Below, piece after piece: positions 30,201-39,597 of a DNA stretch of 64,000 nucleotides; positions within the stretch are counted from its first letter, which is position 1; each line of letters begins with the position of its first letter. Both the position numbers and the translations under genes were made by a program. The stretch is from the NCBI GenBank assembly GCA_963764165.1, contig CAVXRD010000002.1:2464001-2528000 (forward strand), read 5' to 3'. The notes beneath the pieces were generated by a model that saw only the letters and a program-made list of their open reading frames with translations, was not told the DNA's origin and ran no database searches. This DNA is from an uncultured Verrucomicrobiae bacterium. Lineage in GTDB: Bacteria > Verrucomicrobiota > Verrucomicrobiia > Limisphaerales > Palsa-1400.

Positions 30201-30793
30201 TGATTCAACAGGCCGGTTTCCCGGTGCGCCTCATCAATACCGGCAGGACGATGGGCGCGGCAGACTTAAAAATCCTTCAGGCTTTTGCTTCGGGCCTTGG
30301 AACGGAGTTGGGAGGCGCCACGCGTGCCAACTATGCAAAGATTGCCTCGGATTTGCTTGAGCAGGACGTGCCGATTCAGGGAACGCTCTCTTTTGTGACC
30401 CCTTCAAATAACGAGGAGGATATTAAATTGGTCGCACAATATAAATTGCTTCTGGCCTCCCCTGCCGACCTGACTGCTGAGAGCGCGGTTGGTGCCTGGA
30501 AGGACGACCTCTTGGTGTCGGGGGAGCATGTTCTTCTATCCTCTAAAATTGATTCACCTCTATTCATCCCGGTGCAATATCAGCATTCGCGTAACGACAC
30601 CTTCACAAAGATCGTGTCATTTCAAGATTGGGGATTTATCCGGTTGATCAATTACTATAAGGGGAAGCCGAGCGCGGGTGGGAAAGTTTGGTCCATCGAA
30701 ATTCCCAGTTCAGACCCTTCGACTAAAGGCACTTGGCATTTTCGGCTTGAATTCAGCAAGCCGCTCCCAACCTTGGACGAATGGCCGAAGTAA
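27224..30793 (+). CDS. tssM: T6SS IcmF/TssM protein
   Basis: YKLPWFVIIGESGSGKT Walker A, DWWFT, LDTAG, PINGLML, RFPVYMLVTKSD, FLRGVYFTS. Confidence 0.96.
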   Translation: MDDDSKTNSIIKMGLCGLGLGVLAPLAILHNTTGLWIALGILVLGLLLFGGYFLWKRAAANRESTNFRQGLEDVTGAPKTVSDPQQRAKLDDVRRKFQKGLQEFKSRGKDIYKLPWFVIIGESGSGKTEAIRHSGIDFPPGLQEELQGSGGTINMDWWFTNRGIILDTAGAMIFRHEALTGKGDWQPSSEWREFLKLLKKSRPQCPINGLMLVLSTESLIKDSADLIARKSSILAQQLDLIQRTLDVRFPVYMLVTKSDLMEGFREFSDSISDPLMQHQMFGWSNPDPLDAPFRPDLIEQHLEAVAEKVRRRRLALLRESSAGDTQLFFRSSSGAPRASDGTDSLFALPASIKRLAPRLRRYLETIFVAGEWSAKPVFLRGVYFTSSMREGSALDEALALASGLPLDQLPEARERESKAFFLRDLFHEKIFRESGLVTRATNTLRMLRQKQLLIFGSVALALLLVLVFAWFGYRNLQDTVGREASYWKAGTTNWTDGHWDPGSLVEAGTANPLLYSLAAQKRIPGPDLPVVDYYSNLFSKVSTDLAVSWIFGPFTMFDVGEIKKDRPLAASILFERGLLEPLVDKTRKKMASLPNSRPAPDDKSDVARHRDALRALMRLETDRFAMGSTKTTNVQEYLHDFVTYLTEKEYQPEPVLADLSVKAFSTWPPPSIVLTNGTNLANNPAINRGLEAFRRANQKNESNIVAKVIALNTFVDQLDSYRKVEKDWLAAPAEPCDMAKAANRTVEGARLALLQTSNTMAGTNTIGAMYQRLQAEAEAASGSSFSDITSNVPPAFRDKQIFVEIAGKLKGFATEAKRSVETNYQARQTVSSDLDRDLLGSGGFDKPAYQNRQRLYQDVCDLLSNNVTVTDALIGDQWREFKKIDANVAVLSNDLVSYRGPLKEEVLGACNKLSADKILLLQDTFVAQYLRIVKAGLSNLTMGGYATVEQASNAAVWFTRIAKDLAVTEPLGKQAAQVLPLKPLLDASVEAALIQQAGFPVRLINTGRTMGAADLKILQAFASGLGTELGGATRANYAKIASDLLEQDVPIQGTLSFVTPSNNEEDIKLVAQYKLLLASPADLTAESAVGAWKDDLLVSGEHVLLSSKIDSPLFIPVQYQHSRNDTFTKIVSFQDWGFIRLINYYKGKPSAGGKVWSIEIPSSDPSTKGTWHFRLEFSKPLPTLDEWPK

Positions 30794-30811
30794 GCGTTTA
30801 CCAGCCCCATT

Positions 30812-33298
30812 ATGAAAGGCTTTTTAAACAAACTAGGCGGCACGGCGGGAAACCTGGGTGGGCCGCGCCTGGCGCTGGCGGCGTTTGGCAAGCACCCAGG
30901 CTGGCCCGATTTTATGCCGGGCATTGGCGTGGACACTGAATTGCTCGTCGGAATCGAGCAAACGCTTTACAGAGGTGGCATACGCGGACAGATTTCCTCC
31001 GGCGCCTGGGAGAAACTTGATGCGGAAAAGCGCCAGGATGGTTTTGACCATGTCTTTGCGTGGTTTCAGAACGGACAGATGGTTCTCGGACTCCTGTGGT
31101 CTTCAAAGGATCAAGCCGGGCGCGCCAAATATCCGATGGCCCTTTGCATCGACGGTGGGGCAATGCCGGCGAAATTCATGCTGGCCGAATTGCTTCCGGG
31201 CATGACGGCGCTCCGGCAGGCTTGCAAATCGGCCACGACCGTGGAGCAGGTGACTGAGCTGTGCCGTTCAGCCCAGGAGCAATTGCGCGGCAAGGGTGCG
31301 GCTGAATCGGAAAAGGCGCCCGAGCCGCCGCCGCTCAGCGACCGTCGCCGCTTTCTGGAACATCCAGACTTCGGCCCGGACAAAATCGGTTTGTTGCGTC
31401 TGACGCATGAATTAAGCGGCCAGTTTGATCTCAGTGGCGGCGATCAGGCATCGGCGCCAGCGTCGCGCTCGTTGCATTTGCGGGTGCCGCTCGCGGCGGC
31501 GCCACCCGAAACGGCTCTACTCGTGTGGCCGGCTTTTCTGCGCGCCGCAGTGGGGGCGGCTCCTTCGATAGTATTGCTTTATCGCGACGGCGCGGCGTGG
31601 CTGGACGTCATCGTCGGCCCGCCCCAGGCCGATGATTTCTTTTGTCTCCAGGCGGGTGTAAAAGCGCTGCCGTTGGTGACCCAAATCCCGTTTGAACTGA
31701 CCGGGGAGAGCAGGCAGTTGCTCCCCAAAATCGAGGCGCGATTCCTGGGGCAGGTGCAACCCCAATCGCAGTCCCTCTCGCCGCCTGCCGCCCCGGCCTC
31801 GCCAAAACTGTCGCCCTCGGTTCCACCGCCGGCTTCTCCGGTGGACGGCGGAACTCCAAAATCATCAAAATCACAATTCATTGCCATCGGAGGGGCGATC
31901 GGCGCTTTGGTGCTGGCGGGCGGACTCTACCTGGCAATTCACGCTGTCCATCAGAAAGAGACAGCGGTGGCCGGCCTGCGAGAAAAGGAACGATTGTTGG
32001 CGGACCGGAAGGCCGCGGCGGAGCGAGCCGAAGCCGACCGTGTCAAACAAGCGCAGTTGCTTGCCGAGCGGCAGGCGGCCGAAGCGCGGGCAAGGGCGGA
32101 AAAGGAGGCTGCCGACAAAGCCGAAGCCGACCGTGTCAAGCAAGCGCGGTTGCTTGCCGAGCAACAGGCGGCCGAAGCTCGGGAAAAGGCGGAAAAGGAG
32201 GCCGCCGCCAAAGCCGAAGCTGAACGCGTCAAACAAGCGCAATTGGCGGCCGAACAGAAGGCTGCTGAGGATGGGAAGGAATATGCCAATTTCATTGCGC
32301 TGGCCCGCAAGGCGCTGGCCTCGCGTGATTTTAGCAATGCGCAGGCGGCTGTGAACAAAGCGGGAGGCATCAAGCCGGGCAGTGCCGAGGCAGCCGAGGT
32401 CAATAATCAGATCAAGTCAGCCTTGCAAAGCGCCACGGACACCGCCCAAGCCGAGGCAAACTACTCCGCGTCCATCAGCAGAGGCACGGCGGCCTTGCAG
32501 CAATCCAATTACACGGCCGCGATTTCGGACTTCATTGATGCATTGAAATACAAGAAAGATGATGCTGATGCCTTGGCCAAGCTCAACGAGTCCCAACTCC
32601 GCGCAAAACAAGCCAGCGAAGCCGCCGCGGCCGCCCAGCAAGCTGCATCCAACGCGCCGCCCAACTTGACCGCCGCCGCCGATGCTGGAGCGAAGGGCGG
32701 CGCCGCTCCGCCGCTGGGGCAGGTTTATACGAATTCTATCGGAATGGAATTTGTGTGGTTTCCGAACGTATCCGGCGGTCTCTACGTGGCCCGTTATGAA
32801 GTCACGCAGAAGGCTTACAAACAGATCATGGGAGGCGCGTTGCCCGATGGCCAGCCCGGTGGAACTGATGATGAATTGCCGGTGCAAAACGTTTCGTGGG
32901 ACAAGGCTGGGCAATTCTGCCGCGCCTTGACCCAGCGCGACCACCACCAATATAATTTGCCGACTACAGCCCAGTGGCTGTCTTTCGCGGGCCTTGCTCC
33001 CGAGGACGAGCCAAAGGCCTACGGTTTCCTGACCAATGGCACGTTTGCCCACCAAATTACAAGCTGGCAAAGCTATCGGACGGGGCCCGAAAAAGTTGGA
33101 AAGCTCGGTCCTGAAAGCAATGGCTTATGCGATGTCTTTGGCAACGTCCGAGAATGGACGGACGAGCGGAGCCGCGCAGGTTTTTCATATCGAACCCAGG
33201 GAGGCAAGACAAAGTCGCTGATTTTGCCCGCGAAGGAAACGGTTCCCTGGATTGATGAAGAAACGGGCATCCGGTGTGTCCTTCAACCAGACAAGTGA
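30812..33298 (+). CDS. tagF: TagF-domain - TM - Ala/Glu/Lys stalk - TPR - FGE-sulfatase domain fusion
   Basis: AFGKHPGWPDF and SKDQAGRAKYP (TagF-type motifs); TM IAIGGAIGALVLAGGLYL; YTNSIGMEFVW, YEVTQKAY, PVQNVSW, GLCDVFGNVREWT, TGIRCVL. Confidence 0.8.
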   Translation: MKGFLNKLGGTAGNLGGPRLALAAFGKHPGWPDFMPGIGVDTELLVGIEQTLYRGGIRGQISSGAWEKLDAEKRQDGFDHVFAWFQNGQMVLGLLWSSKDQAGRAKYPMALCIDGGAMPAKFMLAELLPGMTALRQACKSATTVEQVTELCRSAQEQLRGKGAAESEKAPEPPPLSDRRRFLEHPDFGPDKIGLLRLTHELSGQFDLSGGDQASAPASRSLHLRVPLAAAPPETALLVWPAFLRAAVGAAPSIVLLYRDGAAWLDVIVGPPQADDFFCLQAGVKALPLVTQIPFELTGESRQLLPKIEARFLGQVQPQSQSLSPPAAPASPKLSPSVPPPASPVDGGTPKSSKSQFIAIGGAIGALVLAGGLYLAIHAVHQKETAVAGLREKERLLADRKAAAERAEADRVKQAQLLAERQAAEARARAEKEAADKAEADRVKQARLLAEQQAAEAREKAEKEAAAKAEAERVKQAQLAAEQKAAEDGKEYANFIALARKALASRDFSNAQAAVNKAGGIKPGSAEAAEVNNQIKSALQSATDTAQAEANYSASISRGTAALQQSNYTAAISDFIDALKYKKDDADALAKLNESQLRAKQASEAAAAAQQAASNAPPNLTAAADAGAKGGAAPPLGQVYTNSIGMEFVWFPNVSGGLYVARYEVTQKAYKQIMGGALPDGQPGGTDDELPVQNVSWDKAGQFCRALTQRDHHQYNLPTTAQWLSFAGLAPEDEPKAYGFLTNGTFAHQITSWQSYRTGPEKVGKLGPESNGLCDVFGNVREWTDERSRAGFSYRTQGGKTKSLILPAKETVPWIDEETGIRCVLQPDK
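32010..32270 (+). repeat. 93-bp (31-aa) tandem repeat x3 encoding a TolA-like helical stalk
   Basis: GCCGAAGC..(AEADRVKQA) at 32027, 32120, 32213. Confidence 0.9.
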
Positions 33299-33304
33299 GG
33301 CGCC

Positions 33305-34333
33305 ATGAACGAACGTGTCACAAAACTGTTGCTGCCCATTGCACCTGAGCAGCCTTGCGGGCCAAATTTGGCCAATGATCCGCGAATGGACGAACTGCGG
33401 GAATTGCTCAAAGGCAAGGCCGAAGTCGAGATTGCTTCGGTGCAGCATCCCGCCGAACCGCCTGACTGGAAACAATTGAAAGGCAAAGCCGAAGCTTTTT
33501 TGGGCGCCTCGAAACACCTCGGCGTGGCGGTGATGTGGACCTGCGCGGCGTTGCAAACCGAGGGGCTGGCTGGATTTCGCGATGGCTTGGCGCTGATCAA
33601 GGGTTTGGTGGAGCAGCAGTGGCTGGCCGTTTATCCGCTGCTCGATCCGGAGGATAATAACGACCCCACGCAAAGGCTCAATCTTTTAGGCGCACTGACA
33701 GCGCCACGCGGTATTTCAGGCTGGCTGGCTATCGTCGATTATCTTTACACCATGCCGGCCTCGAAGCGTAAGGGAGCGGAAACAACCTTTGAGCAACTGA
33801 TAAACCCAAGCGGAGGAAATCAAATAACGGCCCTCCCCGAGGCTCCCGCCTTGGCCGCCCTGCTGGATGAATGTTTGACAATAGTCAAAGGAACGGACGG
33901 CGCCCTGACCTCGGAATTGGGGGCTGGCCAGACTATTAGTTTTGAAGTGCTCGAGGGGACATTGACCTCGATGCGGCGCGCGCTGAATGTTTTTGTCGGC
34001 GGGCCTCCTCCTCCTGGCGAGAGCGCCGGAGCAGTTGAAGAGAAGGAAGTTGTCGCTGGCGGCGCGGCCGCGCGGCCCATTGCCGGAGACGTGCAATCGC
34101 GTCCGGATGTAATCCGGCTGCTGGACAAGATTTGCGCCTACTATGCCGCCGTTGAGCCGGCCAGCCCGGTGCCGTATATATTGCGTCGCGCCCGCAAGAT
34201 GGTCGAGATGGATTTCGTGCAAGCGGTGCAGGAATTGAACCTCGCCACAATCGACTCGCTGCGCCCGAGCATGGGGTCCGCCCTTGAAGCAGCCGGCGCC
34301 GGTGCGGAAACGACGGAACCACCTGCCACCTGA
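33305..34333 (+). CDS. tssA: T6SS TssA (ImpA N-terminal domain, short type)
   Basis: LLLPIAPEQPCGPNL, PPDW, SKHL; C-terminal SRPDVIRLLDKICAYY...EPASPVP. Confidence 0.93.
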   Translation: MNERVTKLLLPIAPEQPCGPNLANDPRMDELRELLKGKAEVEIASVQHPAEPPDWKQLKGKAEAFLGASKHLGVAVMWTCAALQTEGLAGFRDGLALIKGLVEQQWLAVYPLLDPEDNNDPTQRLNLLGALTAPRGISGWLAIVDYLYTMPASKRKGAETTFEQLINPSGGNQITALPEAPALAALLDECLTIVKGTDGALTSELGAGQTISFEVLEGTLTSMRRALNVFVGGPPPPGESAGAVEEKEVVAGGAAARPIAGDVQSRPDVIRLLDKICAYYAAVEPASPVPYILRRARKMVEMDFVQAVQELNLATIDSLRPSMGSALEAAGAGAETTEPPAT

Positions 34334-34352
34334 ACCGCTGGCTCTCCTCCGC

Positions 34353-35909
34353 TCACGCCGTGAGAAGGCCGACGCGCAGGAGAGAATTGAGGTTTTCGGC
34401 GAGCCTGTCGGCGATCACGCGGCGAAGGTGCTCGTCGTCTCGCGCCGGAGGCAGCGAGTTGTGTTTTTTGAGCAGCACGATCAAATTGTCAACCAACTGC
34501 GCTTGATCCGTGTTGCCGTCCAGCCAAAGCAGCAAGTCGCGTCCGACTTCGTCCTCAATTTCGACTGTGCGGTGGAAAACGGTGGTGACCGTGTTGCCGC
34601 GTTGCGCCTGCCACCGTGCCAGCGGGAAAGCAGCCGGGCGGGCGGACACGCCCTGGGCCAGCGGCGGTTTCACAGTAAAGAACTCCACCACACCCGCTGT
34701 GTAGAGCTGGGCTAGGAATTCCATTAATTTGACACGGTCCTTTGCCTCCGCTTCGGGAAGCATGGAGGCCGATTTGTCAAATAATTCGCCAAAAGCCGTT
34801 GGCTGCGGGTAAAGCCGCGCCAGTTGTGCGAGGGCGGCCTTGGCGATGGGCAGATCGGTGCTGCAGCCGGCTTCTTTCGGCCCGCGGTAGGAAACGATGA
34901 CGCCGGGCCGCAGATTCAGGTTTTCCTCAACACGTTTTGCCTGCGATGAGATTAGAAGGCGCTCAATTTGGCTGACATCGAGCGATGGGCCGATGGTTCT
35001 TTCCTCGTGGCAGAGGAGCGTTTGCCGGAAGCGACGGCATTTGGCGAAATCCAGATATTGTTCGCGCAAAATGCGATTGCCCGCCAGCTTGTCGAGAGTG
35101 GCCTGGCCTTCTTCCGTCAAACAATGGGCGAATGACTCAAAAAAATCCGCTTCTCCTACAAATTGAAGGCCATGCGCCGCCGCTTGTTGAATGAACTGAA
35201 CAAAATAGAATCTTTGATGACAATCGGACAGCTCATCATGGTATAGTTGCGCATCATCCTGTTTGAGAAGCAGTTCCATTTCATACGACAGCCATTTCTG
35301 ATACGGATCAGTCACGGCCACCGATTCAGCTAGAAATCGGGCCAAGGCTAAAGCCTGACCTATCTTTTCCTGGGGATTGGAAATGGCGCGGGTATGGAAT
35401 AGCAGCATGTCGCGAACCATCTCGCGCATCCGGCCACCCGGATAGGCATTGTAACTAATAAAGCCGATCCCATGTTCATTCAGCAGCTTGCGGCAGACCT
35501 CGAGAATGCCTTTGCGAACTGGCTCAGGAACCCAGGAATAAATCCCGTGCGCGATAATGTAATCAAACTGGCCCAAATCCTCCGGCGGGTTTGCCGCGTC
35601 CCCGCAAATCAACCTAACGCCTTTAAGGCCAAGGGCCCCGGCCATTTCGCACCCGGCTTGGATCGCGGTCGAGGCAAGGTCAATCCCAACAAATTCGCTG
35701 CCAGGAAAGGAAGCGGCAAGAGGAATAATATTACCGCCCGCGCCACAGCCCAATTCCAGAACTCGGCATCGATCAACTGGAGCTGGTTGCAGTCCCATTA
35801 ATCTGCCGATCACTGCCAAACGGTCCGGATGAGTTTGATTATGGCAATAACAAGGATAGGCAACCTGATCGTATTTGGTTAGGATGGCTTCTGAATCCAG
35901 CCGAGGCAT
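34353..35909 (-). CDS. Class I SAM methyltransferase with methyltransferase-regulatory domain
   Basis: YDQVAYP, THPDRL, VLELGCGAGGN, FDYIIAHGIYSWV, ISYNAYPG, EQYLDF..RRFRQTLLC. Confidence 0.92.
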   Translation of the reverse strand: MPRLDSEAILTKYDQVAYPCYCHNQTHPDRLAVIGRLMGLQPAPVDRCRVLELGCGAGGNIIPLAASFPGSEFVGIDLASTAIQAGCEMAGALGLKGVRLICGDAANPPEDLGQFDYIIAHGIYSWVPEPVRKGILEVCRKLLNEHGIGFISYNAYPGGRMREMVRDMLLFHTRAISNPQEKIGQALALARFLAESVAVTDPYQKWLSYEMELLLKQDDAQLYHDELSDCHQRFYFVQFIQQAAAHGLQFVGEADFFESFAHCLTEEGQATLDKLAGNRILREQYLDFAKCRRFRQTLLCHEERTIGPSLDVSQIERLLISSQAKRVEENLNLRPGVIVSYRGPKEAGCSTDLPIAKAALAQLARLYPQPTAFGELFDKSASMLPEAEAKDRVKLMEFLAQLYTAGVVEFFTVKPPLAQGVSARPAAFPLARWQAQRGNTVTTVFHRTVEIEDEVGRDLLLWLDGNTDQAQLVDNLIVLLKKHNSLPPARDDEHLRRVIADRLAENLNSLLRVGLLTA

Positions 35910-35963
35910 GGCCAACGATGTGGAGCGCGCAGCCTATTTGTCAACGCCTAACAAAAAAATGGT

Positions 35964-35991
35964 TGTTCTATGTTCTATGTTCTATGTTCTA
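35964..35991. repeat. (TGTTCTA)4 perfect heptanucleotide tandem repeat in a divergent promoter region
   Basis: Direct reading: tgttcta x4 between the methyltransferase start and tssB. Confidence 0.95.
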
Positions 35992-36075
35992 ATATTTCAG
36001 AGCAAGATAATCCAGAAAACTATTGACAGCTTTGGGGATTTCCACAAGAATCTTGGAAAACTGGTTATATAGCCT

Positions 36076-36609
36076 ATGCCTAAAGGAAAATCAAGCAGCC
36101 AGAAATTTATTGCGCGCAATCGCGCGCCGCGAGTGCAAATTGAATACGATGTCGAGACAGAGGGCAGCGACGTTAAAGTCCAGTTGCCCTTTGTCATGGG
36201 AGTCATGGCCGATTTGTCAGGCAAACCTAATCCAGATGATCCGTTGCCGCCGGTCGGAGAGCGAAAGTTTCTTGAAATCGACGTTGACAATTTTGACGAT
36301 CGGCTCAAAGCCTGCAAGCCGCGCCTGGCCTTTACCGTCCCTAATACTTTGACCGGCAAGGACAACATGAATGTTGAATTGACATTCGAGAGCATGGATG
36401 ACTTTTCGCCGGCCGCTGTCGCGCGCAAAGTCAGCGCGCTGAAAAAACTGCTCGATGCGCGCACCCAGCTCTCCAACCTGCTGACCTATATGGACGGCAA
36501 AGACAAGGCTGAGGATCTTGTGTCTCAACTTTTGAGCAATCCAGAACTGATGAAATCTCTGGCGGCGGCGCCGGCGCCGGCGGCGGATCCCGGCGCGGCG
36601 AAACAATAA
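36076..36609 (+). CDS. tssB: T6SS contractile sheath small subunit
   Basis: RAPRVQIEYDVE, LPFVMGVMADLSG, FESMDDFSP. Confidence 0.98.
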   Translation: MPKGKSSSQKFIARNRAPRVQIEYDVETEGSDVKVQLPFVMGVMADLSGKPNPDDPLPPVGERKFLEIDVDNFDDRLKACKPRLAFTVPNTLTGKDNMNVELTFESMDDFSPAAVARKVSALKKLLDARTQLSNLLTYMDGKDKAEDLVSQLLSNPELMKSLAAAPAPAADPGAAKQ

Positions 36610-36617
36610 GAACACCT

Positions 36618-38105
36618 ATGATTCCACCCGAAACTTTATCCTCGGCGACTGCGGCGCCAGCCACTCAGGAAGCCAACGTGTTTCAGTCGCTCCTAAAGAA
36701 GGAGTTGAAAGTAGTCGAGACGGAGAAGCAGACAGAGGTCGACAAGGCGATGCGCACGCTGGCGGAAATGGCCTTGGCTGAGACTACACTGGTTTCGACT
36801 GACGTGGTTAAGACGATTACCGCCTTGATTGCAAAGATTGATGGTGTTCTCACAGAGCAACTTAATCTCATCATGCACCACGAGGACTTCAAAACCCTCG
36901 AGGGAAGCTGGCGCGGCCTTCATTATCTTGTCAACAATACCGAAACCGATGAGACGCTCAAAATCAGGGTGATGAATGTCTCGAAGAAGCAGCTCGGCAA
37001 GACGCTCGAGAAATTTGAGGGAACCGCCTGGGACCAAAGCCCCATCTTCAAAAAACTTTACGAGGACGAGTTTGGGTCGCCGGGTGGGCAGCCCTACGGT
37101 TGTTTGATTGGCGACTATGCCTTCGACCATTCGCCATCAGACATGAAAATGCTGTCAGGCATGTCACAGATCGCGGCCGCAATGCATGCGCCTTTTATCT
37201 CGGCTGCTGCTCCCTCGCTTTTTGGCATGGAGTCATGGCAGGAATTGGGCAATCCCCGCGATTTGACAAAAATCTTTCAGACGCCTGAATACGCCAAATG
37301 GCGGTCCTTGCGCGAGTCCGACGATGCGCGCTATCTGGGATTGACGATGCCCCGGTTTCTCTCACGCCTGCCCTACGGCGCCAAGACCAAACCGGTTGAT
37401 GAGTTTGCATTTGAGGAAGAGACTGCTGGCGCAGACCACAGCAAATACGTCTGGTCGAATGCCGCTTATGCAATGGGCGCAAATATTACGCGCGCCTTTA
37501 AAATTTATGGATGGTGTGCCCGCATCCGTGGCGCGGAATCCGGCGGAACCGTCGAAGGTTTGCCCGTCCACACCTTCCCGACCGATGACGGCGGGGTGGA
37601 CATGAAGTGTCCAACCGAGATTGCGATCACGGACCGGCGCGAGGCTGAACTAGCCAAGAACGGGCTCATTCCACTTTCGCACTATAAGAACACGGATTAC
37701 GCTGTATTCATGGGCGCGCAATCCGTGCAAAAGCCGACGGAGTATGATGACCCGGCGGCCACGGCCAATGCCAATCTTGCAGCCCGCCTGCCCTACCTTT
37801 TTGCAACGTGCCGCTTCGCCCATTTCCTCAAATGCATGGTGCGCGACAAAATTGGCTCGTTCAAAGAGCGGGAGGACATGGAAGAGTGGCTCAACAAATG
37901 GATCAGCCAGTATTGCTGCGACTCCAAGTCCGCGGAGGAAGTCAAGGCGCGCCTGCCGCTGGCTGAGGCCCGCGTTGAAGTCTTGGAAGTCAAGGGCAAT
38001 CCGGGATACTATACCTCCAAGTTTTGGCTGCGCCCGCACTACCAGTTGGAAGGTCTTACAGTCTCGTTGCGGCTGGTCTCGAAGCTGCCTTCGGGGAAAT
38101 CGTAA
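36618..38105 (+). CDS. tssC: T6SS contractile sheath large subunit
   Basis: LEGSWRGLHYLV, AAAMHAPFI, CPTEIAITDRREAEL, LRPHYQLEGL. Confidence 0.98.
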   Translation: MIPPETLSSATAAPATQEANVFQSLLKKELKVVETEKQTEVDKAMRTLAEMALAETTLVSTDVVKTITALIAKIDGVLTEQLNLIMHHEDFKTLEGSWRGLHYLVNNTETDETLKIRVMNVSKKQLGKTLEKFEGTAWDQSPIFKKLYEDEFGSPGGQPYGCLIGDYAFDHSPSDMKMLSGMSQIAAAMHAPFISAAAPSLFGMESWQELGNPRDLTKIFQTPEYAKWRSLRESDDARYLGLTMPRFLSRLPYGAKTKPVDEFAFEEETAGADHSKYVWSNAAYAMGANITRAFKIYGWCARIRGAESGGTVEGLPVHTFPTDDGGVDMKCPTEIAITDRREAELAKNGLIPLSHYKNTDYAVFMGAQSVQKPTEYDDPAATANANLAARLPYLFATCRFAHFLKCMVRDKIGSFKEREDMEEWLNKWISQYCCDSKSAEEVKARLPLAEARVEVLEVKGNPGYYTSKFWLRPHYQLEGLTVSLRLVSKLPSGKS

Positions 38106-38211
38106 CCAATCGGCGCTTGAATTTTCCGCGAAAGTCTGTGCCTCACGGAAATGAACCAATGAAAAAATGGCTGTGGCATGGAGCCTGTCAATCAAATAAT
38201 ATACGGATATT

Positions 38212-38697
38212 ATGGCCTCAGTGGATTATTTTCTAAAAATCGACTCGATTCCGGGCGAAAGCACGGATTCGAAGCACAAGAACGAAATTGATTTGGAATC
38301 GTGGTCTTGGGGTGAGACCAATTCCGGCAGCCATGCTTATGGCGGCGGAGGGGGGGCGGGGAAAGTCAGCATGAATGATTTCAACTTCGTCATGCGCACC
38401 AATAAAGCCAGCCCCAAGATATTCCTGGCCTGCGCGACCGGGCAGCACATCAAGGAAGCTTTGTTGACGTGCCGCAAAGCAGGCAAGCAGCAGCAAGAGT
38501 ACCTGAAGATCAAGTTCTCCGACGTGTTGATTTCGAATTTCCAGACGGGCGGTTCGGGTGGCGAGGTGGTTCCCGTGGACCAGATATCGCTAAACTTCGC
38601 CAAGATCGAGTATACCTACGCCGCGCAAAAAGCAGACGGCACCCTGGACTCGCCCGTGGTTCACAACTATAGCCTGAAAGAAAACAAAGGCGGTTAA
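38212..38697 (+). CDS. hcp: T6SS tube protein Hcp
   Basis: FLKIDSIPGESTDSKHKNEID, GGGGAGKV, KASPKIF, ISLNFAKI. Confidence 0.98.
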   Translation: MASVDYFLKIDSIPGESTDSKHKNEIDLESWSWGETNSGSHAYGGGGGAGKVSMNDFNFVMRTNKASPKIFLACATGQHIKEALLTCRKAGKQQQEYLKIKFSDVLISNFQTGGSGGEVVPVDQISLNFAKIEYTYAAQKADGTLDSPVVHNYSLKENKGG

Positions 38698-38767
38698 GTC
38701 ATCAGCCGCTCCCGCAATGGCCCCGGCTGTCTGCGGGCCTTGCAGGCTGATTGCGCCAGACGATGCC

Positions 38768-39562
38768 ATGAACTCCTCGGAACTAGTGCAGGCAGGACGA
38801 CTCGAGGAGGGGCTCTCGGCCTTGCAATCGGAGATTCGGCGTCACCCGGAAGATCCGCGACTGCGGATGTTCCTTTTCCAGTTGGACTGCATCTTGGGAC
38901 GGTATGAAAAGGCCCTCGAACAGCTCCAGGTGGTTGCGGCATTGAACCCGGAAGCAATGATGTTCGCACAAGTGGTGCGGCCCCTGATTGCCAGCGAACT
39001 CTTGCGGCGCGACGTATTTTGCGGGCGGCGCACGCCGGTTGTCTTTGGCGAGCCAGCCCCTTGGGTTAGTTTGCTGATCCAAGCCAACGATTGGCTGGCC
39101 AAAGGGCAGTATGCCGCCGCGGCGGAGTCGCGCGCCCAGGCGTTTGAGTCCGCCCCGGCTTCTCCTGGCAAACTTAACGGCGAAGCCTTTCAGTGGATTG
39201 CCGATGGTGATTCACGGCTGGGGCCGACGATTGAAGCCGTCATTGATGGCAAGTACTACTGGATTCCATTTTGCCGAATCCAACAAATGGAAATGCCCAA
39301 ACCGAAGGATCTGCGGGACTTGGTTTGGCTGCCGGCGCAGTTTACGTGGGTCAATGGTGGCGTCAGTTCGGGACACATTCCGGTTCGTTACCCGGGAACC
39401 GAGAGTTCTTCCGATGCACTGCTGCGGATGGCGCGCAAAACCGATTGGCTTCAGCTAGATGGGGACACCTACACGGGCCTGGGCCAGCGCGTCCTCGCTA
39501 CTGACGAAAATGAGCACGCACTGTTGGAATGCCGCAAAATCGAGTTCTCTCTCGCAGCCTAA
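38768..39562 (+). CDS. tagJ: T6SS accessory protein TagJ (ImpE/SciE)
   Basis: N-terminal TPR; FQWIADGDSRLGP, YYWIPF, LRDLVW, IPVRYPG, GLGQR. Confidence 0.95.
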   Translation: MNSSELVQAGRLEEGLSALQSEIRRHPEDPRLRMFLFQLDCILGRYEKALEQLQVVAALNPEAMMFAQVVRPLIASELLRRDVFCGRRTPVVFGEPAPWVSLLIQANDWLAKGQYAAAAESRAQAFESAPASPGKLNGEAFQWIADGDSRLGPTIEAVIDGKYYWIPFCRIQQMEMPKPKDLRDLVWLPAQFTWVNGGVSSGHIPVRYPGTESSSDALLRMARKTDWLQLDGDTYTGLGQRVLATDENEHALLECRKIEFSLAA

Positions 39563-39597
39563 GAACACGCTGACAATAATCTGCCCAACACACTATT

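Noticed and set aside
14160..33298. FGE/C-type-lectin-fold domains as diversity-generating retroelement targets
   Set aside because: No reverse transcriptase and no template repeat differing only at adenines was seen in the window
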